Assembly: GCA_001179505.1 (NCBI GenBank)
Contig: CDMY01000323.1
Location: 57,076 to 121,075 of the forward strand
Direction: 5' to 3'
DNA from: Vitrella brassicaformis CCMP3155
Taxonomy: Eukaryota; Protista; Chromerida
DNA: 64,000 nucleotides
Each line of letters opens with the position of its first letter. Within the stretch, counting starts at the first letter, position 1. This document shows, one piece after another, positions 1 through 11,101 of this stretch. A program made the translations under genes and the position numbers. Under the pieces are notes generated by a model that made no database searches, was not told the DNA's origin, and worked only from the letters and a program-made list of their open reading frames with translations.

Positions 1-708
1 TCTAACTTCCCCTCCAGAACAGACTATCATGAAATGCCGCCGGCCATCGCGCAGTACGCGTCGTTTGGCAGCCGGATCGGCCAGGGCGACGGAAGCATGG
101 CTCTAATAAGGGAGGAGGGTCTGGGCGAGTGGTACAGGATCGGCAACGGCGAGCACCGCTTCCGCACTGTGATGCGTTCAGATTTGCCGGGACGCCACCT
201 GTACAGGCTCACCTATGACGAGAGTGACCCGGTTATACGACGAGACGACGACCTCTTCCCATCCTTCTCCGGCTACGTCATCGAGCGCATCCTCGAGCAG
301 GGGATGGCTCCAATGGTGGCTTCAGCAACCATCATGCGGAGCGACAGCCGCTACGGCTCTGTCCGTCGTTTGCTCGCAGCCTCTATTCAAGGACACTGTG
401 CGGTCGGGCACCGAATTGATGGCGGTAACGCGTTCACAGCCTCCGTGGCTGCCGATGGTTTCGGGCAGCATCGGTTCATCGTGGTGTCGGGTGACCGGTG
501 GAACGACGGCTTCCTGGCCTATGTGGATGTTCACGTTTTCTCGCCGCGCACGGGGTGCCTCGTGCGGCTCTTCACCAACGAGGGGCGTGTAGAGGGGCAG
601 GAGGGGCGGGACGGTGTGCCTGCGACCGTGAGCAAGGCCCGCAGCGTGCTGCAGGCGGTTGGCGTCGACTTTGACGCACTTGGCTGCGGTTTTCGACAGG
701 TGTACTAA
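1..708 (+). CDS. Hypothetical protein, 3' part; 5'-truncated by the window edge
   Basis: The frame of ORF 34..708 is open from position 1 (SNFPSRTDYHEMPPA...). It is intronless with GC-rich codons. No family recognised with confidence. Confidence 0.6.
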   Translation, partial: SNFPSRTDYHEMPPAIAQYASFGSRIGQGDGSMALIREEGLGEWYRIGNGEHRFRTVMRSDLPGRHLYRLTYDESDPVIRRDDDLFPSFSGYVIERILEQGMAPMVASATIMRSDSRYGSVRRLLAASIQGHCAVGHRIDGGNAFTASVAADGFGQHRFIVVSGDRWNDGFLAYVDVHVFSPRTGCLVRLFTNEGRVEGQEGRDGVPATVSKARSVLQAVGVDFDALGCGFRQVY

Positions 709-1131
709 TGATGAGGCGGGTGCATGGAGGTACTGAACTGTGGTGATCGGACTGTGCAATTACTTGTGTGTAGAAAGCATTCATCAGTCACTTGAGGAAA
801 AAAAAAAAGAGCGAGAGTGGGGAGCGAGACGCACCGGGTCTGTAAATGTGTCTGGTGCCTGCTGCCTGCCTGCGCGTCTACGTTTGTGTGTATCTGTCGT
901 GTCTATGGATGAACGGAGAGATGTCATGATGTTGTCGGCCCTGTCTGCCGGTCTGGATGGATGTATGTGCGTGCATGATTTTATTCATGTGTTGTGGCTG
1001 ATGCATGGGTGGAAATACATTGACTCACAGCGCGACGGCAGGCAATGGTCTCATGGTGTATGGATGTGTGCGCAAGATCTGATGTGGGTTAGGGCGTCCG
1101 TTGAACTTCAAGATGCTTCAAAACTCTGCCG

Positions 1132-3251
1132 ATGCGTGTTTCCCTTCTTTCCTGCTTGATGCTGGCAGCTCCCGGTGGCTGCTGGTCAGCAATGGACTGC
1201 GGTGATACTTTGACTGATCTCTTCCCGCCCTTCCATGCTGCGAGTGTTTCCAACAGCTCCCTCGACCCGGCAGTGTTTGCATCGGCAATGCAGATGACAG
1301 AAACTGGCCAACGAGAGGCAATTGAATGGCTCGCGGCGGCCGCCCGTGGCAAAGTTGGCCCTCTGAATGTGAGTTCCGTTGCGGCGTTTCTTACACATCT
1401 TCTGGCTGCCACCACTTTCATGACGCCACAGAGGGATGAAATGCTGCTGGCAGTGGAGGCGATAGAGCTCATCAAGGCGCACTTGCCTCTTCGGGATCTC
1501 CTCACGGCGGACTTCCCAATATTCACGTACGATGAATATATGGACACGTATGAATTGTGTGGAAGAATACGCATGCTCTTTTTTGATAATTGAATACAGC
1601 ATGTTGGCTGAGCTGCGCCCTCATGTATTGGGCCATGTTGCCGAGGCGCCATGCGAGTCTGCTGGGAGCTGGTCGTATCCGTTCGATGTGTTCCGCGAGG
1701 GTTTAGACTCGCTCATCGAAATGGCCCGACGTGATGGAGTTGCAAGGGCAGTTGCAAATCACGGCCATTTGGTCATTATGGCTGTGCAGATATCTTACGA
1801 TTTCTCCTCGGGGCGTGCTGGGCTGGGTGAGGAACACGACAAACAAAGACACACAGGCGACGTATTTGTGTCATCCTTCAGGTGATATATACTCGTGTCC
1901 TTTGGGTTTTATGGCCGCCTGGACATTCTGGCTGTTCATTTCTGCCTTCGAGAGCCCGCTGGTTGACTTGCATCAGTTGTTAACAAGGCAAGGAGCCGTC
2001 GCCCACGTCGACGCACTGTGGAGGTATCTAAGGGTCAGTCAGCTCTTCAGCAAGCGTTGGCGGCTCTTGGAACTTCTCGACCTCGTGGCATCACAGTCGC
2101 TCGCCAAGGAAGACAGAGAACGAAGGAGATATAGGGAAGAAAGTAAGTCAGAGGGGAAGGAATCTTTAGTGCCTCTCATGTTTTGCGCCTCGTGCGATTA
2201 GCTGTGTCTGTTAAGTGTGACAACCAGTCGAGGAACAACTCTCCGATCCAGCAATCGAGTGATGTCATTCCGGACAGAAACCTGCTTATTTCGGTGCTGG
2301 CGTACAACCGCCCCCATTCCCTCGTTCGGCTGCTACAATCCCTCTCTATGTCACACTATTTCGGTCAGCGCGTGGATCTGCTCATCTCGGTTGACTTGAA
2401 TCGTGACGGACTCGTCCACAGCGAGACGCTCGAGGCAGCCAAGACCTATCCCTGGCCTCACGGCTCCCTGACAGTGCGGGTGAGGGACAGACACTATGGA
2501 CTGGCGGAGCAGTGGATCCAAGCGATCCCTGAAGACAGACTGCAGCAAGAAGATGGCACTATCCTTCTTATCCTGGAGGACGACATCGAAGTGTCTCCTT
2601 TCTTTTTTAAATGGCTCCGAAAGGCCCACACAGCGTATGAGCGGAGGGAGGACATCGGCGGATTCACTCTGCAACGCGCGCATATACTGGTACCAATCAG
2701 AAACGAAGCACATCTCTCACAGGCAAATCACACAGTAATGTCTGTTTCCTTCCCTCAAGGCCGATCAGAGACGAAAAAGAGATGCTGATCAGCAAGAGAA
2801 GCCCTCCTTGTTCCTCTATCCTTTTTTTGGCTCCATCGGTTTCAGCCCCAAAAGGGGCGTGTGGCTGAAGTTCGTTCGATGGTATAGGTCCGTGCAGCGG
2901 ACCAGGTATCTTCCTTTGCTGCCGCACATCGTCTCCACACAGTATTTCCTGCAGTATCAAGTCTTGAAGAAAGCCAATACGACAATGTGGACTCCTTGGC
3001 TCATGGCGTACGCGTACGAGAGAGGCCTGTTCTGTGTGTTTGCAAACGCTGCAAATGGGCATACACTCGCGGCACACTGGCATGAGCCAGGGCAGCATTA
3101 CGTGGGCGAACCGCATGTCGATGCATTTCCCCTGACAGAGTGGCGTGACGAGTGGTTTGACTTTCCAAATGAGCCTCTGCGACTTTCGTGGGATGGACTT
3201 CCTTTCTCTGTCGATCATTTGACGATGGATGGACCAGGTGCATGTGTGTGA
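1132..3251 (+). CDS. Signal-peptide glycosyltransferase (GT-A/GT2-like C-terminal domain) with an uncharacterised N-terminal region; multi-exon
   Basis: Signal MRVSLLSCLMLAAPGGCWSA. GT-AG introns join the ORF pieces, e.g. 1527-1599 (IFT|MLAELR). GT motifs: ISVLAYNRPHSLVRLLQSL, LLISVD, GLAEQW, ILEDDIEVSPFFFKWL. Confidence 0.75.
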
Positions 3252-3329
3252 GTAATGGATGTGAGACGCTTAAGATGACAAAAACATCACAATGGGAAAA
3301 AGTGTATAGAAATGCTTCACTGTCAGTAG

Positions 3330-4501
3330 TGTCGGTTATCTCGCCACACACCCATGGGCTTGGCCTGGCTGACATGCATGTGGGCCGCCTCAGCTGATGA
3401 AAAAGTGACGCACTTATGCACGGAACTGCTGGGAAGTGAGACTCTGACACCCCCGGCCCTCACAGTCGTCGACAAACCGGCCGAGCTTGGCGCCATTGCG
3501 TGAGCCCTCTTGCCCAAACGACACACATAGACCACACATAGACCCTTTCACACGATGTATCCACCAACATTTCCATCACACCTGGTCGGGCTCCAGCGAC
3601 CGCAGAGTGTCCTTGCGCAACTCCTCAGGAGCCTGCTCGGCGATCTAGGGGAATCCCTCCGCCAACGCTACGGACTTCAAACCCTGTGGACTAAACAAAC
3701 AGCCATGACATATCTGATGAAAATAAGTGGGGGCATGAATGAATTGTGTCCTGCATTTGTTGCCCTCTCGTTGTTGAAAGGGACCGATGGCAGGTCAACA
3801 CGTAGCACTACATCAATGCACTGGAGTCGATACATCTTTTCCACAGGCATTCTGACTGATGTCTCAGGATGAAAAGTCGAGAGCAAAACCCAAACAAACA
3901 CCTCTGTGGCTCAGGCAGGCGGTCGAATGAGATTGAGCAGCATTTCTTCCAGCTGCTCCACCTTCTGCTCCAAGGCGCCAATCTTGGCCTGGTATTTGGC
4001 ATCCAGCTCCGACTGCAGCTGGCCGATCTTGTCGCTGTCGGACAGACTGGCAGTCATGTTGTTGACGGCCTCAATCACGCCACCTTCCAGTTGTACGACT
4101 CGCCCTTCCAGTTGTGCCACTCCGATGTCGGAGTTGGGATTTGTTTGGATGGTCGAGAAGTGCAGAAACATGGCTCCATGATGGATGTATTGCCAGCCTT
4201 CTGTCCAAGATGGACACGAGGATTGATCTCCTGCTGTCAGCTCGATAGCCTTCACCGGATAGCCTTCACGTGGGGTTGCTACGTGCCACCTATCCCCCCA
4301 CGCCGCTTCCGCCTGGGCTTTTGACCCGCTGGGCATGGACCCGCCGATGCGTCCCTCCCAGGTATCCAACGATACACAATCATAGTTTTGTCCGCACCGC
4401 TTAAGCTGCACAACTTGTAGAAGGCATAACGTGAGTATCTCCGCGGCAATCGGGAAAGGGCTCCAAGCGGCAAGCACCACGAGAAGCACTATCATCTTCA
4501 T
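3330..4501 (-). pseudogene. Secreted coiled-coil hypothetical protein; further downstream exon-like pieces carry in-frame stops
   Basis: ORF 3911..4501 has a signal-like start (MKMIVLLVVLAAWS) and a heptad-rich C-terminus. Its TGA is followed in frame by ATE and a GT donor. A downstream exon-like piece reads LKSVALAEGFP*IAEQAPEELRKDTLRSLEPDQ then GT. Confidence 0.4.
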
Positions 4502-4790
4502 TTTCGCTCTGAAAGCAGTGGATAATCTGGCAAAGGCCCGAGATCATTGAGATGAGTTTCTCTCCTACCTGAAGTGCGTCGGGGAACCGGCTTGCAACCG
4601 TGTGTATTGGATGGCCACGACGTGCCGCATGCGGGCGGGGGACGAGAAATGTGGCCTGTAGCTTGTCGCGCCAGGCAGCCCCCAAGTGCTGCCTGGCGCG
4701 ACAAGCTTGCTGGCGAGTGGGCTCAGGTATCATAGGCAAAAATGGCTTTACCTACGACATTCTTTTCATTCGACTTGTCTGCAGGTAATT

Positions 4791-6910
4791 ATGTCGAGTG
4801 GAAAGAGGAAATACACGAGAGGAAAACCACCTCTGTGGTTTTTCCTCGCTGCTGTGGCGACGTGGGGAATTGAAGGAACAGAAGGCAGTGGGATCCCTCT
4901 GGACGCACGCCTCATGGTCAGGTACGCAAGCCCCGTAGAACGCATCTGAAAACTATTGTCTGAAAATGAACCGACTCCTGTGACAAGGTCCGACGAGCCT
5001 GCCTTTGGGGGTTCTGTGGACTCTGCGACGGTCGAAATGTTCCTGTATGGTCGAAATTTGGAGGACGCTCGTATTTGGAAACTGTATAGCGCGGGGAAGG
5101 CGAAAGACACGTTTCTGAAGGAGCTAGAAGCTGGCCTTCTGAATACTCTGGTTCCAAGAGCTAAGGCTCCAGCAGGTAGACTGCTGCTGTACATAACCTA
5201 GTATGGTTCTCGTCGACATTTATGCAGGCCGAAGGCTGGTCATGTTGGATGACGCCCTTGATTGGTTTGGCCGCAATAAGAAAATATTCAATGTCGTGGC
5301 AGGTATTAATCGAATCCACACATTCATCCCACGCGCACACGTGTATGCGCGGCATATTGCAATAGACATGAATTTTTTCTCCTTTTCTCTTTGTGTCTCG
5401 CCAAGGGGAGTATGTCGAGAAACAATTCGCAAGCGTCATGAACGACTTGAAGAAGCCCTTCGATGCAGCCACCGAACTGCTGAAATGGCAATCACTGGAC
5501 AAATTCTTCGACGACGCAGAAAAGATGACGGACTCGCTCAACAATCCAACCTTGCAAAAGGCAAAAGAGATATTAGTCAATTTCGAAGGTCTCCACAAAG
5601 ACCTGGGCGACGTGATCGAGAACCAGCTCTATCAAGGGAAAATGGCTCAGAAGCTATTAAATGGACTTCAGGAGATTGCTAATACCTTCCAGGACGGATT
5701 GACGGATGCAGAAGGCATCTTGAATCACGTCAAAGCTAAGCTGGTTGAGTATGCCGATACTGAGATCAATGTAAGCACCATGGGGGAGCCTTCTGTGCAT
5801 CAATCTTTTTTTCTTGCTGCTTTTACCGTCAGGACGTCATCTTGAAGCTAGGAGTGCAGCAGGACCTCATGATGGTACGAGAGTTCCAAAGTGGACTGAG
5901 AGAGCTCCTGAACGATCAAGACACCCTTCTAGGGAGCTTTCAGGAGCTCGCTGGCCTGTCTGCCCTGGATGACGGCCTCGTTGGTTTCCTGCATGGTGCA
6001 TTCAACGGACAGCTCACGCCAGTACAGCAGCTGGAGGCAATCAAGGATGACAAGAGGATCATGCTCATTGAAGGACAGCAATCGTGGCGAGATGATGTTC
6101 ACGATTTTTCGAAAGGTACAGCGTCGAAGGGTAAGCTGAGAGGAAGCGCAAGAAGGCTTTCCTTTTTTCAGGAGTTGACCTTGCAATAAACATCGCTTCG
6201 AGCCTAGGTGTGGACTCTGGATTGCTGGATGATGTGAGCAAAGTCTCCTCTTTTGCAACGTGAGAGACGCTTCAACGTCAGCCTGTTCAATTGCTGATGC
6301 GGGATTTTGCGTGTCGCGTCATCAGGCAAGCTGCGATGGCCTTTCTTCCATCTAATGTAGTGGGGATGATACAGCTCGGCTTCTCTGCTATCGGGTCAAT
6401 TTTTGGCATAAAGAAGAAGAAGAGAGGCCCTAGTGCAGCTGCTTTGAGACACCACCAAGTCATGCAGGCACTCCAGCAAATTCGGGAAGGACAGAAGATC
6501 ATTTTGGATGCAACAATGGAGGGCCAGCAGGAAATCAAAGAGCTCATTGTCGAGGGCGTCTCAAAGCTCATGGAGGGGCAGAAGCAACTGATGACAAACC
6601 AAGAAACACTGTATGCACGAGCATTAAAGAAATCCTCTCCTTTAATCGTCAATCCTTTTGTCGATACAGATACCAAACCACAATGAATTTGGCGAAGGAC
6701 CTCAACGAAAAACACCTTGAGGTGATCGAGCGCTTCGACGACCTTGACATCAAGCTTTGGCAGGTGGCGGCAGTCGTGAAGGAGCTAAGATTTGATGAGA
6801 TCGGTCACTGTCGCAATCTGGAGGTCGCCCTGCTGAAGGAGGAGGCCTTGCACGATGGATACTTCACAAATTATGCAGACCTCGTATACTTCGTCAACGT
6901 AACACACACA

Positions 6911-6942
<32 letters not shown>

Positions 6943-9704
6943 CAGGGACGTGCGTTCACACAAATGACAATCATTCATGTATCGGATGCACATGATGTGC
7001 TATGCTGCGCCAACATAGAGAGAGAAAGTGAGCTACGACAAATGCTATGCACGTGTGAGGATGCGACAAGACACGTGTAATAGATCTTACATCATACACA
7101 GGTGGTCAATGTGCGTATGTGTGTGTGTATCACAGGATTGACCTCCTTTCTCGGGCTCTCGGGAGAAATCGGGAATTCTTGGACACACTTCGGAACTGGT
7201 CGCTCAGAAGAGAGAGTGTGCATAAGCATATTTCATGATGTGCTCGCGTGGGCATTTTTGCAGAGGACACAACACTCGACTCATTCTGGCAGGATCGCTA
7301 CAATGAGCTTCTAGACTGGCTCAAAGCGAATGTGCCAGATAAAGCCGAATGGAAGTCCCTGGCCCTTCCTGAGCACACCTTTGATGCGCTCGACGCCAAG
7401 CTTCAGGACGACCCCAGCAACCTCCAGTTGGGGCCGCACTGGTGTGAGAAATCGTGCTATGTCACCGCATCATTCGATCAGAGGCTGGACGTGCTTGTAT
7501 CCGCCAAGCTAGTGCTGGAGCTCTTGAGTCCTCTCCCCAAGCTTACCCAAGTCATCAACGTCCAGTTTGGCGACTCGGTGCGCCCAGAAGAGGAGCTTGA
7601 GAGAATGGAGGAGGAACCCAAATCCCTCCTTCGTCTCGAAAATGCCCTTCTTCTTTCTGAGATCGCTATTGCCCAGCATAACCTCATCAGCGGTGATCTG
7701 CTTCTGCCTCTATTCTATGAAGAGCTGAAGGATGATGCCAGCGACATCTCGGAGAAGTCGACAATTGTGGGCTTCCTTGAAAGGAATCCGTGGCTGCGGA
7801 CGAATTTCCTTCGCTACATGGTCCGGGAGGAGCTCAACCTCACAAGTTGCAGCTTGACTGTATATCATGTGGCTCTGGGAAGCGATTACTTGTTGGAAAA
7901 AGTGGTTCCCTTCTCGTCGAACAACAGCTATACGAATGGAGATGTCTCCCTTGGCGTCGGAGCGGCTGGCCTCGCCATGCCTCCCACCGAGGAAATCCAG
8001 GCAAACCGAGTGTTGCATACCATGCAGATGGACCAGGTAAGTAAGGATTGAGATTTGGATTTTTGAGCTTCGTATTCCTTCGCACTTTACGTCGGTACCT
8101 CGTATTATCTTCCAGCTGCTTGTCCTGCGGTACAATCTGCTTGATAAGATCGCCGACTACGAGAGCGAAAAGAACGATCCTGTCGAAGCACACGCCATAG
8201 TGGCGGACACGGCCTCCACAATCGCCTACAGGCGCCAAGCCACTGAGGAGCTGGATGGCGTCATCGATCTGCTCGTCGTAGAGCCAGGAGACGAAGAGTA
8301 TATCACATCTCCGCCATGGCAGGGAAGCAGGCCTCCTGCGATTACTGTCGATCTCCCAAGTGAAGCCCCTGCTACCACCACTGAAGTCCCTACTGAGACA
8401 CCTACCAAGGAAAACGACCTTTCTGATTCACTGGCCGACGGGCACATCACAATCGACAGAGCCAACACGGACGACCAGGAGGATCCGACAACTGTATGTC
8501 ACATGCCATCCGCCACGAAGGTGTCTTGCATTGCAGCCGACTATCCCAAGCGTATCACCTTGGCAGAAGACAGCCCGATCACTGATGTTGAGGGCACCAG
8601 CCATAACGATGTCATCAGGGGCAACGCGAAAGATAACAAGCTGACAGGTTGAGAGGGAAATGACGTCCTCATCAGCGGTGGCGGAAACGATGGTAAGCAA
8701 CCGTTTCCGGACGCCCACGTATTTATCCGCCAACGTTTGTGTTCAGATCTGCTAGGAATGCAAGGAGCCGACACTTTGTAAGAAGCATATTGGAAGGCTG
8801 CGTACGAGACACCTCTGTGCATACACTTTCTCTTCCAGTGTGATTTCCAACAAGGCGGGAGAAGTGCTCATCCCTCTATTTGACACACTCGATGACGGTC
8901 ATGACATGCTAGACATGACTGAGTTCTCACATATTACCAGCATGGCAGAGCTCATGTCTCACGTGTCGGAGGGAAGTGTCGTCATCAACATGGACCAAGA
9001 CCGCTCGGTGATCATACATAACCTTGTCCCTGATGACATGCGTGAGGAATATTTCGTCATGTATAAGGAAACCGACAAGATGACTGGTGATAACATAAAT
9101 TGGCTGTGCGCCTTCAATGACATACTCATCTTCTTGTCGTGTCTCTCTCTTTGTAGGCGCCGAGTCCTCTTGTAGTGTCTTTGACTTCACCGATGAGTGT
9201 CTGGACAGGGAAGGTCTTGGCGGCGTCTTCATTATCATCTTATGCCTCCTCTTCGTAGCCGCTGTGGGCGCCTTGGCATACGTCATGATGAGGAAATCGC
9301 CATGGAAGAAGATGAAGAACCAGGACATCGTTGAGGAGAACGAAGGACAGGAAGCGCTGACGACAATTGTGACGGCCGAGAAGGCAGGGGAACATAAAGA
9401 AGTCATGGGGAAGGAAATGGTGCCTGCTGTCGAGCGCGACGCCGAACAAGAGTTTGCAGCCGTGTTGCCTGGTGAAGTCCCTGTCGCACACAAAGAGGAG
9501 GCTGGAGTGAGCGAAGAGCTACCAGAGCAGCAACAGAAAGAGCAAGCAGCTGGGGAAGAACAGGGAGAACGTGAGATGCCGTCCTACGCAGCCGTCGACG
9601 AGTCCATGCAGGAGCAGAAGCTGCCGGTAGGTGAGCTCGGAGAGACAGGATTCGACAAAGGACACGAGCAGCAAGCAGACGAAGGCGAAGCTCATCAGGC
9701 GTAA
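4791..9704 (+). CDS. Large type-I membrane protein: signal peptide, helical/coiled-coil toxin-like region, RTX Ca-binding repeats, TM helix, acidic tail; one in-frame TGA
   Basis: About 14 exons can be joined by GT-AG introns. Signal-like MSSGKRKYTRGKPPLWFFLAAVATWG. RTX stretch DVEGTSHNDVIRGNAKDNKLTG*EGNDVLISGGGND|DLLGMQGADT|FVI. TM segment GVFIIILCLLFVAAVGALAYVMM. Confidence 0.75.
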
Positions 9705-9767
9705 AGATGTCGAAGGGGCGCATCCCATCGGGTGAATGTGATCATCTGGTGTTTGTTGAATGCTCTT

Positions 9768-9812
9768 AAGTCTGTGATGTCGTATGTTGCAAGTCTGTGA
9801 TGTCGTATGTTG
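9768..9812. repeat. Tandem duplication of a 22-bp unit in the 3' UTR region
   Basis: AAGTCTGTGATGTCGTATGTTG at 9768-9789 and 9791-9812. Confidence 0.9.
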
Positions 9813-11101
9813 TGGATAAACTAAGTGAGTCGGGAAATATAGGTGGTGTGTGTTCGGTCATGAACATATCCTTGATTGGCCATACATGACTAGTCCTTGT
9901 TCAAGTAAAAGTCAGTTATTACTTGAACAAGGATATGCTACCACTTGTTTCTACTCAGCTTTTGAGCCAATAAACAGACATGATTTGCTTTGTTGTTCGG
10001 CTTCAAATCGGACAAATGCCGTCTGTGTATTTTGTGCTCGCAGCGTAGCGTCAGCATGTACAAGGGAAGCACCCCAATACCCATACGATATCGAAGGTCC
10101 GATTCTTTCTTCCTCCACACTGGTCCACACTGTCCATGCATATGGACAGAGTCCGCGTCGGGATGTTTACTTGTGTGGGTAGGGAACGCTGACACAGAGT
10201 GTATCGTCCATTTTACGCTGACACAGTGCCAAAATGGAGTCTTTGTCTTGCCTTTCTTCTGTCCATGGTATATGTGTGTTTGCGCGCGCATGTATCGAAT
10301 CGGTCGATGTATGGAAACACTTATGTGCAGACGCCTGTGTGAGAACGACTGCATATCTTTGAACACACAATGTGAATCACAGCTTCCTTCACACATCGAA
10401 CTGGATAGCACTCGTTTGTATTGTCCACACAGTTCATTTGCCTTCACACTTACACACACACACGCACGCACATAGAAGACAGACATAAGATTGCACACAA
10501 CACATAGAGACATGCATACATACACCCAGACGACAGTGCCGGTAGACATACGACATACATACGTGAGACACATAACGCAGACAGGCAGGTATATCGATCC
10601 AACCACTCAGTCATCGGACACAACAGGCAGGCAGACAGGCAGACAGGGCAGGCACGGACATCGACCAAATCAATGAATTTCTTCATTTTGGGTGCCTCGT
10701 GCTCTACGGGCAAGAAAGCGGGGGGCTTCCGGCTCCAAACGCCCCCGTGTGCAGTAGCAGAGAGCAGAGAGCGTTTGTATCATCGCGGAGCAAGGGAATG
10801 AACGTGGGAATGAACGAATTGAGAGAAGTGAGCTGATCTTGTCAGATGTTCCTTTGAAGACTGTGCTTCATTTTTTTCGGTCTTGTGCGATATTTCACTA
10901 CGGGCTTCCCCAGGCCTCAGACAGGAACTAAAGCAGGCACGCTATAAAAACCAAAGACTAACGGCCAAATCAGACTTACGTCCCCGCAAATCCACCCAGG
11001 CGAAGCTAATCTGACACGGACGAATGTACAGTAATCTATTCTGCCGCGATGAATGTGCATTTGCTGCTGCGATGAACACGCTCACGGGTGCACAGACATC
11101 T

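Noticed and set aside
9938-10790. Minus-strand exon-like fragments, including HLSDLKPNN (kinase-like) and a Cys-rich stretch
   Set aside because: No consistent frame or other kinase motifs; it may be a decayed gene but a call cannot be supported.
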